Source of the DNA: an uncultured Candidatus Micrarchaeota archaeon
GTDB lineage: Archaea > Micrarchaeota > Micrarchaeia > Burarchaeales > Fermentimicrarchaeaceae
Direction: 5' to 3'
Assembly (NCBI GenBank): GCA_963760615.1
Contig: CAVXDX010000013.1
Span: forward strand, 1-64,000
Length of the DNA: 64,000 nucleotides
Of the stretch, positions 54,404 to 63,775 are shown piece by piece (position 1 is the first letter of the stretch; every line of letters starts with the position of its first letter). The translations under genes and the position numbers were made by a program. The notes under the pieces were generated by a model. The model searched no databases. It was not told the origin of the DNA and worked only from the letters and a program-made list of their open reading frames with translations.

Positions 54404-56197
54404 ATGAAGAATGAAGTCATTGCCATAATCCTTTTCGTAGTCCTGCTTTTCGCAATAATCCTATTTTTTGGCAGGGGCGGACCAGTAAACCCCGGTGGGA
54501 ATAACACAACGTCATGTCCCTCAACGTGCCAATTCGGCTGCATGCCGAACAATGTTACCTGCAAAACGCCACCCAACCTATGCGAGAATGTGACATGCAG
54601 CGACAAGTGCGAGGACAGCAACACTTTGGATACCAATGGAGAATGCAAATCTCAAACAGGAGTCTGCAGCTATAAAAAAATGGTATGCATATTCGGATGC
54701 GCGAATGACAGCTGCAGGTCAGAGCCGCTCTGCCCCCCGAACTGCCCCTTTGGATGCGAGCCAGGGACAGATATATGCATAAACCCCACCTGCCCGTCTG
54801 ACTGTATCTATGGCTGCATAGCAGGGACACTGCAGTGCAACTCGGTGCCTCCAAGCAGCGGAATAAAAAACGGTGATTTTGAAGCGGGTTACATGGGCTG
54901 GAATACCACTGGAAACGCCTTCGGTTCTGAGCCCACAAATGCAGCTTTTATAAACGCGCAAACGCTTTACCGCAATGTCCCCTACTCGGGCTACAGCGGT
55001 GCCTACTTCGCCTCCAGCTACTTCCCCCAAATGGATAAGAGAGCGATGGGGAACCTCACGTCCGAGCCATTCTTCATAAACAAGAACTATCTTGAATTTC
55101 TGATCGTGGCTGACTACTCTGGGCAGGTCTACGTTGACCTTATAGTGAACGGGACAGTCGTTAGCCACATCAATCCGGATAACTCCTACCCGCCGTTCGA
55201 AAGAATCACGTGGAACGTGTCTGAATACAGGGGACAGAGTGGAATCATAAACGTGGTGGATGCATCCAACCTTGCTTCAATAGACGTCGATGATTTTATG
55301 CTTGTCGATAAGCTCTCGATGCAACCTGGCCAGCCATACGTCGACCTCTACAGCAACTTCTCCATAGTGCCTCCAAGAAACTGGCTCATAGTTAGCGGTG
55401 GCACCCATGGCGAAGTTCTCATCTACGGGTCAAAGGATAACAACTTCACAACCCAGATCATAGTAATTGGCGAGAGAGTCAGTGCAAATGAGACGACTGA
55501 AACCTATTTCGCAAAAGGTAAGACCGGACTCAGGCTGCTTCTCCAGAATTACTCAATGGAATCCGAAAGCAATGTAACCCTCGGGGGCATTGACGCAAGA
55601 CAGGTAGACTACGCATACACTTCACTTGCCGCACAGCTGAAAAGCCGGGAGGTTTTCCTGGTTCATAGTGGAGTGGGTTATAGGATAAGCGCGACTGCGG
55701 CTGAAAGCTCATTCACCAGGTATCTGGATGACTTCAACAGTTCAATAAACAGTTTCAGACTAGTTTATACAAACGCCAAGTATAAATTAACTATAACCTA
55801 CCCGCCTACTTGGCAGGTTTCAGAAGGGGTGCTTGGGACAACTGTTATGTTCGTAGGGCCAAAGGATGCGAATTCCACGCCAAACTGCAATGTTGTTGAG
55901 GAAGCTATCCCGCCAACCGCTACCCTTGCCGAATACGTGAACGACTCCAAAACTGCTCTCTCAAATACGTTTCCTGACTACATGCTCCTTTCAGAGAGGG
56001 ACAGGTTGATAGGTCCGGAGCCGGCGCATGAGCTAGTTTCAACTTACAGCATGCTTGGAGAGCACAACGAGGTTCAGCGGGTGATAATCCTAAAAAATGG
56101 AATAGCACATGTAATCTCTTGCACTTCACCTGCAGAGCTGTTTGACAAATACGAGCCCACGTTTGAGGGTATAATAACAAGCTTTAAGGTTGGATGA
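54404..56197 (+). CDS. Membrane-anchored modular protein: Cys repeats, carbohydrate-binding-like domain, two PsbP/DcrB-like domains
   Basis: N-terminal TM; CPxxCxFGC x3; KNGDFEAG..GW..TGNAFG...GNLTSEPF; FSIVPPRNW and LTITYPPTW repeats. Confidence 0.65.
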   Translation: MKNEVIAIILFVVLLFAIILFFGRGGPVNPGGNNTTSCPSTCQFGCMPNNVTCKTPPNLCENVTCSDKCEDSNTLDTNGECKSQTGVCSYKKMVCIFGCANDSCRSEPLCPPNCPFGCEPGTDICINPTCPSDCIYGCIAGTLQCNSVPPSSGIKNGDFEAGYMGWNTTGNAFGSEPTNAAFINAQTLYRNVPYSGYSGAYFASSYFPQMDKRAMGNLTSEPFFINKNYLEFLIVADYSGQVYVDLIVNGTVVSHINPDNSYPPFERITWNVSEYRGQSGIINVVDASNLASIDVDDFMLVDKLSMQPGQPYVDLYSNFSIVPPRNWLIVSGGTHGEVLIYGSKDNNFTTQIIVIGERVSANETTETYFAKGKTGLRLLLQNYSMESESNVTLGGIDARQVDYAYTSLAAQLKSREVFLVHSGVGYRISATAAESSFTRYLDDFNSSINSFRLVYTNAKYKLTITYPPTWQVSEGVLGTTVMFVGPKDANSTPNCNVVEEAIPPTATLAEYVNDSKTALSNTFPDYMLLSERDRLIGPEPAHELVSTYSMLGEHNEVQRVIILKNGIAHVISCTSPAELFDKYEPTFEGIITSFKVG

Positions 56198-56199
56198 GG

Positions 56200-56868
56200 C
56201 TACTTTCTTGCTGCATTGGCCATATCAAGCAGCACAGCCTTCGGGTTGCCTGCCTTCACAAATGCAGAGGCGAGCAGAACCCCGTCAGCTCCAAGCTCCA
56301 CCGCCTTCCTCACATCCTCCCCGTTTGAAATGCCTGCGCCGCAGAGGACAGGAATATTCTGTATCCTCTTGACCTCTTCTACGGTGTTTCTCACCACTTC
56401 CGGCTTTGCTTTGGAGACAGATATTCCAGAGCCTATGAGCTCAGGTGGTTCCACTGCTATGAAATCAGGCTTCAAAGGTGCAATTCTCTTCGCCTCGTCA
56501 ACGGAATCCGCGCAGAGAAGCGTTTTTATCCCCGCCTTCCTTGCAAGCTCTATGGTCACCTGTATCCTCTCAAGCGGTATCTTCCTCTCCGAGTGGTTGA
56601 GCAGCGTACCCTGGCAGCCTGCCTCCTTGACTGCATCTGCGGTTATGCTGCCTGTGAATGCGCCGGCTGCATTTGAATCTATGTGCTGCGCAAACACCGG
56701 TATGCTGACTGCTTTTGCAATCAGGGATAGATCCACATTCTGTGGGGCGACAATTATCCATGCGCCTGTCTCCTTTGCAACCTCCTCGGCAATCCTACAA
56801 AGCGCTAGGCCCCGCTCCCCTGTGGATTCTTTGTAAGCTTTGAGGTTGAGCGCAATCAATGGATTCAT
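56200..56868 (-). CDS. tpiA: Triosephosphate isomerase (archaeal type)
   Basis: NLKAY, AQHID, NHSE, AVEPPELIG, CGAGIS, VLLAS. Confidence 0.96.
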   Translation of the reverse strand: MNPLIALNLKAYKESTGERGLALCRIAEEVAKETGAWIIVAPQNVDLSLIAKAVSIPVFAQHIDSNAAGAFTGSITADAVKEAGCQGTLLNHSERKIPLERIQVTIELARKAGIKTLLCADSVDEAKRIAPLKPDFIAVEPPELIGSGISVSKAKPEVVRNTVEEVKRIQNIPVLCGAGISNGEDVRKAVELGADGVLLASAFVKAGNPKAVLLDMANAARK

Positions 56869-56977
56869 GACAACTTTTTTAAACTCCCGATATAAAAGGC
56901 TTGCGTTCCTTTAAAACTTTACTAATTCTTGTGGATTTATAAATCAGGGCTGGGAGTTGTTTAATCTGTCAGATGTC

Positions 56978-57184
56978 ATGCCAAACAGGAAGATAGTCGG
57001 AAGCTTGGTGGGTGGAACTGGGAAAGGGAAGAGAATTCCAAAGAAAATTCTTCGGAGAATGGTGTGGAAAAGGGACAAAAGTACATGTAAGCTTTGCGGG
57101 ATTAAAATACGCGCTGGGGAAGATTGGGATTTGGCAGGAAGGATTACGGGGGGAGGAGTGCGGTGTGAAAATAGGAGTCACTAG
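56978..57184 (+). pseudogene. Short HNH-like/Zn-knuckle fragment
   Basis: RIPKKILRRMVWKRDKSTCKLCG matches the N-terminal half of HNH proteins, but the catalytic His/Asn residues are absent. Confidence 0.4.
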
Positions 57185-57214
57185 GGCGTTCTTCATCGTC
57201 CTTGTTGGCGCATA

Positions 57215-60200
57215 CTACTTTCTCTTCTTTTTTCTTGTAGTGCTTACGATCAATATACCCCTGAGGATGAAGTAGCTTATAACTAAGCCAATTATTGCTA
57301 TGAGAACCACTGCCATGGTCCACGTGTTTCCTACCGGCATCTGCTGTGTTGGTGCCATAAGAGCTGTTGTCTGGACTTGAGTGCTTGGTTTGGTTGCAGC
57401 TGCGAGGTTGATTAATGTTGAGCTTTTGTAGAATGTCGCCAGAGCCATCACTGGCTTTGTTCCGTTGTAAACAGTGAAGTTCACAGCACCTGAAGGAATC
57501 TGTATGTATCCGTATGCATCGGGCATCTTGTAGCCTGGGTCATTGTTAAAAAGAACCTTTATATTTGCCAAATCTGATGAGTAGGCTCCACCAGTTGCTC
57601 CATATCTGTAGGTTGCACCGGAGTAATCCAGCAGGTTAACTTTCCTGTCTGGCACGCAGTCAGCCATATAAATCCAGTTTGCATCCCCTTCAGATGTGCC
57701 AAACTTCAGGCTTTCAAAGAATGCGTCCTGAGCGTTAATCCTGCCATCTGGCCAGTTTGTTATTGTTGGGTATGGTAGGTCTTTCGCAGTGGCTCCTATC
57801 TGGTCGCACTGCATGCGTGTGCAGCCGCAGTATTGCCTGCCGCCAATAAACTGGCAGTTCGTGTCGCTCATGTTGCACCATAAATCCACTTTGAGGTAGT
57901 TCATGTTGGGTATGTTAGGGACATAAAGCTGGCCGTTTGGACCTCCTTTGAGTGCTGCTGCTGGAATTGGCGGTGTAGTGTTGTAAAATGTTATGAGAGA
58001 CATAACCTCCGCCCCACCATCGCCAATGTAGTATCCCCAAACATTGATGTGTGATGCACCTGGCGGTATTAGTATGTACCCATTTGCATCTGGAATGAAT
58101 GGGTTGGAAATGTCATCGAACCACACCATGATACGGCTTAGATTAGAGGAATATGTGCCATTCAGCCCAAGACGTCTGGTGGCAGTGGTGTTGTCGCTTT
58201 CATCAATGATCCTGTCAGGATTGACATCTGCCATGTAGTTGAAGTTGGACATGCCTTCGCTGCTCCCTAAAGCTCTAAGTATAATGATCATGTCACTTGA
58301 ATCCACGTTCCCATCAGGCCAGTTCTTAATGCTGGGGTATGGGCTGGTTCCTCCTGCCTGGTCGCCCAAGATACGACCACAACCGTCGGTGACGGGATCC
58401 CAGCCGTTGCCCATGTTGCACCATTCCTCTATCTTCAAGCGCTTGATATTGGGAATGTTCGGAATATATGTATATCCAGTAATGTCAGTTTTAATTGCAG
58501 CCACTGGAATCCCAAATCTAGCAGGTGCGGACCAGTTTTTGCTATATGGGAGTCCGTCAGTCTGCGTTGGTGGTGTATGATCAATGAAATGTGTGGGAGT
58601 TTCGTTATAAATAAAGTAAGGAGTATCGCAGAATCCGGTTGCTTGCGCATCTGTGCATATGTCAGAATATCCATTTCCTGATGGGTTTGTCCAGTAGTTG
58701 CCCCCCACATAATCCCCTGGCGTATACATCCTCCTTCCTTGCGTGAAAGCAGTATTCCAAGAGTTGTCCTGGACAAATCCTGTAAAAAGCGTGTTATTGG
58801 TGTTGTTCAGAAGGTTATTAAAGATGGAATTCTGTACTGACGGAAAGATATATGTTGGATTTACTAATGCATCCAGTTCCGTAAGATACACGCCATACGC
58901 ATTATTCTGAATTCTTGAGCCAGTGACTGTATTGTAACCCGAACCGCTGAAAGTGATGCCGTAAGTATTTGAAGTTATGGTGTCATTGGTTATCAGATTG
59001 TAGTATGACTTCGAAAGATATATTCCATGAGTAAAATTGGTGATTACGCAGTTTTTTAACGTACCTGACATTGACTGCCAGCGGAAGTCTACTCCAATAC
59101 CGGAGCCATTACCGCGTATCGTGAACCCTCGGCAGTCCAGAGTTACATTTGAGGCAAAACCCTGTACAAACTTTACAACCGAACCTAGCTGGGATACTGT
59201 AATATTGGACATAAGGCAATAGATTACATTGGGCTGGTTTAATGGAACTGGCATAACGGACGTATCCACCGGGATGTCACATCCTGGCGCCACAGCTGCC
59301 TTTGTTTTGCCAGAAACAACATTTGAGATGTTGGAAGCACTCCCAAAGTCATCAAAAGCTTTTATCGCAGCATAGTAGGTTGTGTTAAGTCTCAGCCCGC
59401 TTAATGCGTAGGTTTCTCCTGTTCCAGCTGGGTCTCCACTGGAATAAAAAGTTTGAGAAGTTACAGAATCGAAATTATCTTTGTTTATCGGAGACGTACT
59501 ATATTTTATGAGGTAGTAGTTCACAACTAGCCCAGCTGTTGAAACATTGGCAGCAGTCCAGTGTAGACCCATAGTGGTCCATGTGGTGTTAGCTACTGAG
59601 AGGTCCGTCACAGTGGTTGGCGGATAAGCAGGCTGAGTAGATGACAATAAAACATACATATAATTCCCGATGTTGCAGTCGTTATAGTACAGGTTGAAGT
59701 AACCGTCACCATTCCAGTCACTGCTCCAGCTGTTCTTTATAATCCAGTATCCGCCTGTGTCGTTGTAACCTACAATCACTACTGCATGATCCTGAGCCGG
59801 GCTGACACCACCACATGTGAAGATTCCATTGCTATCAGGGTCTCCATCCATGGCAAGGTACACTGCAAGTGGTCCATAGGTTGTAAGATACTGTTTTACC
59901 ATGTTAGGGGGTACGTATCCCCATGCGCTAATATTGAATAATCGGCTTCTCCAGTTTGAACATCTGTCTGAACAGAGAACTGGTGTAAACCCGCCACCAA
60001 AAAAATTGTTGCCATTAGCGTCAACAGCTTGATATGGGAAACATCCCTCATCCACGGTGCCACTATTTTTAATATAATCAAGAGCAGGTTCGGAATTACC
60101 ACCGTTGGGACAGTCACCAGCCCCGCTGCATGACAGAACATCCTGCTCGGAAAGGTCCGGAGTGATGGAAGAGCTGTTGTATTCTTGTATTTTCATATTC

Positions 60201-60763
60201 GCCTCAACAGCCCCAACTGCGGCAAAATCCCAGCAGCTGCCGCAGTCACCCTGGTCTTTAACCGGGGTCATCCAGTTGTAACCATTCACATTCCTCCAGT
60301 CAAAGTATGTGGGAAGAGTCACCTCAGAAACTGATTGTGTTGAGAATCCTGTTGCAGAAATTTTAGGTATTACGCCATGGTTCTTGGGAGTGTTTATCTG
60401 ATGCGCTTTGACATCTGTAGTGAGGTTGATGAAGTAAGTCACTGGTATTCCTTTACTCTGCATCGCATGAACGCCTTTGGGGATGCAGATTGCGTTTTCG
60501 CTTTTGCCGCGGATGACTGTTTGGATGTCATAGCCATTCTTCACGCAGTAGGAGTAGTTAGCCCCGCATTTTCCACTTAAGAAATCCCACCCGCCACATT
60601 TCTCATTGTCGGGAAGGGTGCACTGGCCAGTTTCACCTTTGGGTGTTTTTATGATGTTGTAGGTGTAGCCCATCTGCGTGCAGTAAACAGCAGCAGGGTT
60701 GGGCAGCGCAAAAGAGAGGTTTATCAATATAAGAAATACTGCAATAAGGATTAGTTTATTCAT
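57215..60763 (-). CDS. Multidomain surface cysteine protease: DUF333 - papain C1A - FN3 - NosD beta-helix - two dockerin-like repeats - TM
   Basis: LPNPAAVYC; QGDCGSCW, DHAVVIVG, IKNSW; PPTTVTDL...NTTYYAAIKA; GGNYWTNPSG; PDGNVDSSD...ADVNPDRIIDESD and PDGRINAQD...ADCVPDRKVNLLD; C-terminal TM plus RKKRK. Confidence 0.85.
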   Translation of the reverse strand: MNKLILIAVFLILINLSFALPNPAAVYCTQMGYTYNIIKTPKGETGQCTLPDNEKCGGWDFLSGKCGANYSYCVKNGYDIQTVIRGKSENAICIPKGVHAMQSKGIPVTYFINLTTDVKAHQINTPKNHGVIPKISATGFSTQSVSEVTLPTYFDWRNVNGYNWMTPVKDQGDCGSCWDFAAVGAVEANMKIQEYNSSSITPDLSEQDVLSCSGAGDCPNGGNSEPALDYIKNSGTVDEGCFPYQAVDANGNNFFGGGFTPVLCSDRCSNWRSRLFNISAWGYVPPNMVKQYLTTYGPLAVYLAMDGDPDSNGIFTCGGVSPAQDHAVVIVGYNDTGGYWIIKNSWSSDWNGDGYFNLYYNDCNIGNYMYVLLSSTQPAYPPTTVTDLSVANTTWTTMGLHWTAANVSTAGLVVNYYLIKYSTSPINKDNFDSVTSQTFYSSGDPAGTGETYALSGLRLNTTYYAAIKAFDDFGSASNISNVVSGKTKAAVAPGCDIPVDTSVMPVPLNQPNVIYCLMSNITVSQLGSVVKFVQGFASNVTLDCRGFTIRGNGSGIGVDFRWQSMSGTLKNCVITNFTHGIYLSKSYYNLITNDTITSNTYGITFSGSGYNTVTGSRIQNNAYGVYLTELDALVNPTYIFPSVQNSIFNNLLNNTNNTLFTGFVQDNSWNTAFTQGRRMYTPGDYVGGNYWTNPSGNGYSDICTDAQATGFCDTPYFIYNETPTHFIDHTPPTQTDGLPYSKNWSAPARFGIPVAAIKTDITGYTYIPNIPNIKRLKIEEWCNMGNGWDPVTDGCGRILGDQAGGTSPYPSIKNWPDGNVDSSDMIIILRALGSSEGMSNFNYMADVNPDRIIDESDNTTATRRLGLNGTYSSNLSRIMVWFDDISNPFIPDANGYILIPPGASHINVWGYYIGDGGAEVMSLITFYNTTPPIPAAALKGGPNGQLYVPNIPNMNYLKVDLWCNMSDTNCQFIGGRQYCGCTRMQCDQIGATAKDLPYPTITNWPDGRINAQDAFFESLKFGTSEGDANWIYMADCVPDRKVNLLDYSGATYRYGATGGAYSSDLANIKVLFNNDPGYKMPDAYGYIQIPSGAVNFTVYNGTKPVMALATFYKSSTLINLAAATKPSTQVQTTALMAPTQQMPVGNTWTMAVVLIAIIGLVISYFILRGILIVSTTRKKKRK

Positions 60764-60889
60764 TGAACCACCCCTAATTGAATTGTTTATGGTTACCGTT
60801 GGATATATATCTATCTTTTGGTGGGCATATGGATTGGAAAGAGAAATAAAGAGCAAAGTGTTTTATTCTCACGATATATAAAGTTAATT

Positions 60890-62698
60890 ATGGAGGTACT
60901 GGAGAGGGAGCCTACAGAAGGAGTGGATTTTCTGCTGAGCAACGGGCAGGGCATGTTCCTCCTCCTGCCTGCGAAGCAGTGCAGGAATGAGAAGCACAGG
61001 GAGAAGGAAGTTCAGAACCCATCCAAATGGCACGGGCTCTTTCTGAGAAGCACAAAGATTGTCGAGGGATGGAACACGCGAGTTGGCGAGGTTGTGCTCT
61101 CCCCGGAAAACCAGCTCTCCTTTGCGACGGACCTCACCACAATTACAAGAAGCTTTGAGGTTGACGGAACTGAGATTCGTGAGGAGATATTCCTGCCCAA
61201 TGACCTATTCTCACTGAGCATAAAGTATTCAACCAACAAACCTGTTTTAATACAACCTGAGTTTGACATACGGTTCAAGTACAGCGAGAAGGGCGGACCG
61301 TATGAGTACGCTCAGGTTGGAGGAGATGTGCTTGTGAGTGGGCCGCTCTATGCAATGGTTGGAGGCGGCCATGCGAGGATAAATGAACATTACAGATACA
61401 AGTTCTACCCAGAGGATTGGAAGAGGAAGGACACAAGCGAAAGATGGACCTATGCCCCAGCAGAGTTTGAAACAAGCCAGCTTTTCATGGGGTTCGGAGA
61501 GAGCAAGGAAGAGGCAATCTCAAATTTCGCCAAGATAAAAAACTACTACCTGCAACTGAAGCTTGACCGGGAAAGTGATGTTTTCTCTGTCTTTGAGAGG
61601 CACAAGCCAGAGTCTGTGAACAGGCAGCTGGCACTTGCTTACAGGCTCGCTGTGTACCAGCTTCTGAAGATGCAGCACGGCTCATTGCTCCCGGCCTCGG
61701 GGGACAGGTGGTTCGCAGGTGACGAGGGATGGGCAAGGGATGCAGCAGTATCGCTTGAAGCCTTCTTCGAACTGGGGCTATTCGACACCGCCAAAAAAAT
61801 ACTGGACTACTGGATTGACGAGGGCAAGCAGAGGGGTGACGGGAGGCTGCCGAACAGGATAGAGCCGCTTCTCTACAACTCAAGCGACTGCACTCTCTGG
61901 CTGCTCAGAAGGCTTGCCGAATACATTGAGCTTACTGGCGATATGGATTTTTTCAAGCTCAAGAAACGCACCGTGAGGAAAGCCCTTGAGGGAATTGCAA
62001 GCGAATATCTCAACGTGGATGGGTTCGTCAGAAGCAATGCGTTCGAATCCTGGATGGACACCCAGTTCACACCCAGGGAGGGATTTCCCGTTGAGCTTCA
62101 GGCCCTTTTCATAAAGGACTGCATGCTTTACTCAAAGCTCTTCGAGGGAGAGTTCTCAAGCAAACTCGCAGCTCTTGGAGAGCATGCACTTGCTTCATTC
62201 AACAAGTTCAAGGTGAAATACGTCCTTGCGGGTGTTGAGAAGTCCTTCATGCTTGCGGATCTCATCAACCTTGATGGGGTGAGGGTAAACAAGCTGATGC
62301 CGAACCAGCTTATAGCAGTTGACTGCGGAATTGTTGAGAGGGAGCTTGAGAGGAGCATACTGGATATTGTGAGGGAGCACCTCGCCGGGATTGGGATAAG
62401 GTCGCTCTCTCCAGGAGAGGTTGATTATTTTGATGAGTTCAGCGGTGACCAGAGCTACCACAGAGGTGCTCAGTGGCCCTGGCTGAACTACCTTGCCGTG
62501 AAGGCAGAGCTGCGAAACGGAAATAAAGAGCAAGCCCGTAAAATATATGTTGAGCCGCTTGCTAATGTAATACTCAACAACAACTGGGGGGGAATAAGCG
62601 AGGTGTACTCCGGGAATGGCAAGCAGTGCGCATGCCCCCACTACCAGACATGGAGCCTCGCATCGTTCATAATATCTGTGAAACAGCTCAGCAAATGA
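60890..62698 (+). CDS. Amylo-alpha-1,6-glucosidase / glycogen debranching enzyme (GH133-like)
   Basis: RWF...WARDAAVSL, LYNSSDCTLW, SWMD..FTPREGFPVELQAL, PNQL, YHRGAQWPW, ISEVYSG, QTWS. Confidence 0.85.
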   Translation: MEVLEREPTEGVDFLLSNGQGMFLLLPAKQCRNEKHREKEVQNPSKWHGLFLRSTKIVEGWNTRVGEVVLSPENQLSFATDLTTITRSFEVDGTEIREEIFLPNDLFSLSIKYSTNKPVLIQPEFDIRFKYSEKGGPYEYAQVGGDVLVSGPLYAMVGGGHARINEHYRYKFYPEDWKRKDTSERWTYAPAEFETSQLFMGFGESKEEAISNFAKIKNYYLQLKLDRESDVFSVFERHKPESVNRQLALAYRLAVYQLLKMQHGSLLPASGDRWFAGDEGWARDAAVSLEAFFELGLFDTAKKILDYWIDEGKQRGDGRLPNRIEPLLYNSSDCTLWLLRRLAEYIELTGDMDFFKLKKRTVRKALEGIASEYLNVDGFVRSNAFESWMDTQFTPREGFPVELQALFIKDCMLYSKLFEGEFSSKLAALGEHALASFNKFKVKYVLAGVEKSFMLADLINLDGVRVNKLMPNQLIAVDCGIVERELERSILDIVREHLAGIGIRSLSPGEVDYFDEFSGDQSYHRGAQWPWLNYLAVKAELRNGNKEQARKIYVEPLANVILNNNWGGISEVYSGNGKQCACPHYQTWSLASFIISVKQLSK

Positions 62699-62706
62699 AT
62701 TTTTAT

Positions 62707-62811
62707 GCCGGGGTGGCGGAATCTGGCAACGCGCCAGACTCGAGATCTGGTTGCCCTTCCGGGCAGTATGGGTTCAAACCTTAAGGTTGCCCAAAAATCC
62801 CATCCCCGGCG
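62707..62811 (+). tRNA. tRNA-Ser(CGA) with a 19-nt intron in the T-loop (62776..62794, position 56/57)
   Basis: Acceptor GCCGGGG/CCCCGGC plus G73; anticodon arm CCAGA-CT-CGA-GA-TCTGG; long variable arm GCCC-TTCC-GGGC. Removing the intron restores ATGGG-TTCAAAT-CCCAT. CCA is not encoded. Confidence 0.92.
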
Positions 62812-62868
62812 TTTTTGACCTTATGCTATTTATACCACTTCGCACAAAGCTCCTGCATAGGTGGGAAT

Positions 62869-63015
62869 GTGCAGAGAATATGCCCCAAATGCAACATGGA
62901 AGATGCAATAAGCATTAAGCTGCGTCTGGATGAGAAAAGCGGAGAGTACATCTGCCCTCACAACCAGGCGCATCGGTTCAGACTTAACTCCGACGGCTGG
63001 CTTGAGTCTATCTGA
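62869..63015 (+). CDS. 48-aa zinc-finger micro-protein
   Basis: GTG start after an AGGTGG RBS; (M)QRICPKC...YICPHNQAH. Confidence 0.7.
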   Translation: MQRICPKCNMEDAISIKLRLDEKSGEYICPHNQAHRFRLNSDGWLESI

Positions 63016-63685
63016 GAACCAGCTGCGTGCTGTACTGGACTACTGCATTTTTCCTTGAGTAATACTCATGGAGCTTGCGTATCAGCTCAGAACACTGTCT
63101 AACCCGCTTTTCAACATCCTCCTCCTTTTTTGGGAATAGCTCTATGGATACAAAAAACGTCCTCTTCTTCAGGTATCCTCTGAGCTCCCTCAGTCTTTCG
63201 TTAAGCTCGACTCTTCCTACGCTCGCATCGCGGAGGCTCAGCAGCACGGAGTCCATGGATACGCTGTCCGCTATCCTTTTCTGAATCTCTCTTGCAATAA
63301 CAGTCACCTCGGCCTCCTCATCACCCGGAAACGCCACTGCAGAAGCCATCTCTCCACACAGACAACTTACCTCTTTCAGCTCATGGGCGCGGACCTTCAC
63401 AATAGGCTTGCGGGCTTCCGATGCATCTGGTTTAAACTGTGGGATAGGCTCGTGGCAGTTTATGCGGACTATCACGTCTGCCTTTATGTGTGAGGCGTAA
63501 CTTACAAGCAGGCCCAAGGTTGCAACCCTGTCATCAGCATCAGTCGCATAGTGCAGCGAGAACCTATCATCGTCCCTCACATCCTCGCTGAGTTTTTTTA
63601 TGAATTCCTCATTACCTCCGCTGGAAACTAGGCTAATCAATGTTCTGAAATCGCGAGTGCCAACCCTAAGGGGTCTTTCGAACAC
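63008..63685 (-). CDS. Hypothetical protein
   Basis: 225-aa ORF with a GGTGGTGA RBS and host-like codon usage. No motif recognised. Confidence 0.6.
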   Translation of the reverse strand: MFERPLRVGTRDFRTLISLVSSGGNEEFIKKLSEDVRDDDRFSLHYATDADDRVATLGLLVSYASHIKADVIVRINCHEPIPQFKPDASEARKPIVKVRAHELKEVSCLCGEMASAVAFPGDEEAEVTVIAREIQKRIADSVSMDSVLLSLRDASVGRVELNERLRELRGYLKKRTFFVSIELFPKKEEDVEKRVRQCSELIRKLHEYYSRKNAVVQYSTQLVLR

Positions 63686-63775
63686 TTCAGGTCACCACCG
63701 CATTATTTAGGGAGTTCCAAGTATAAAATGGTTTACTTTACATATTGGAAGTTAGTTTCTTGCCAGATACCAGTA

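Noticed and set aside
56978-57184. Functional HNH endonuclease
   Set aside because: Only the RD-x3-CxxC half is present and the catalytic H-N-H residues are missing. Kept as a low-confidence fragment.
47261-60856. Extended N-termini given by the ORF track (rtcB 47372, thrS 52496, protease 60856, and similarly AAA 37465, lig 24361)
   Set aside because: The extensions run through TATA or promoter DNA. Downstream ATGs match family N-termini or RBS positions and were used instead.
8598-62641. Numerous long antisense ORFs in the track (e.g. 13953..14654, 19589..20281, 29361..30158, 56216..56836)
   Set aside because: They lie opposite well-supported genes, lack RBS or motifs, and are expected from codon bias.
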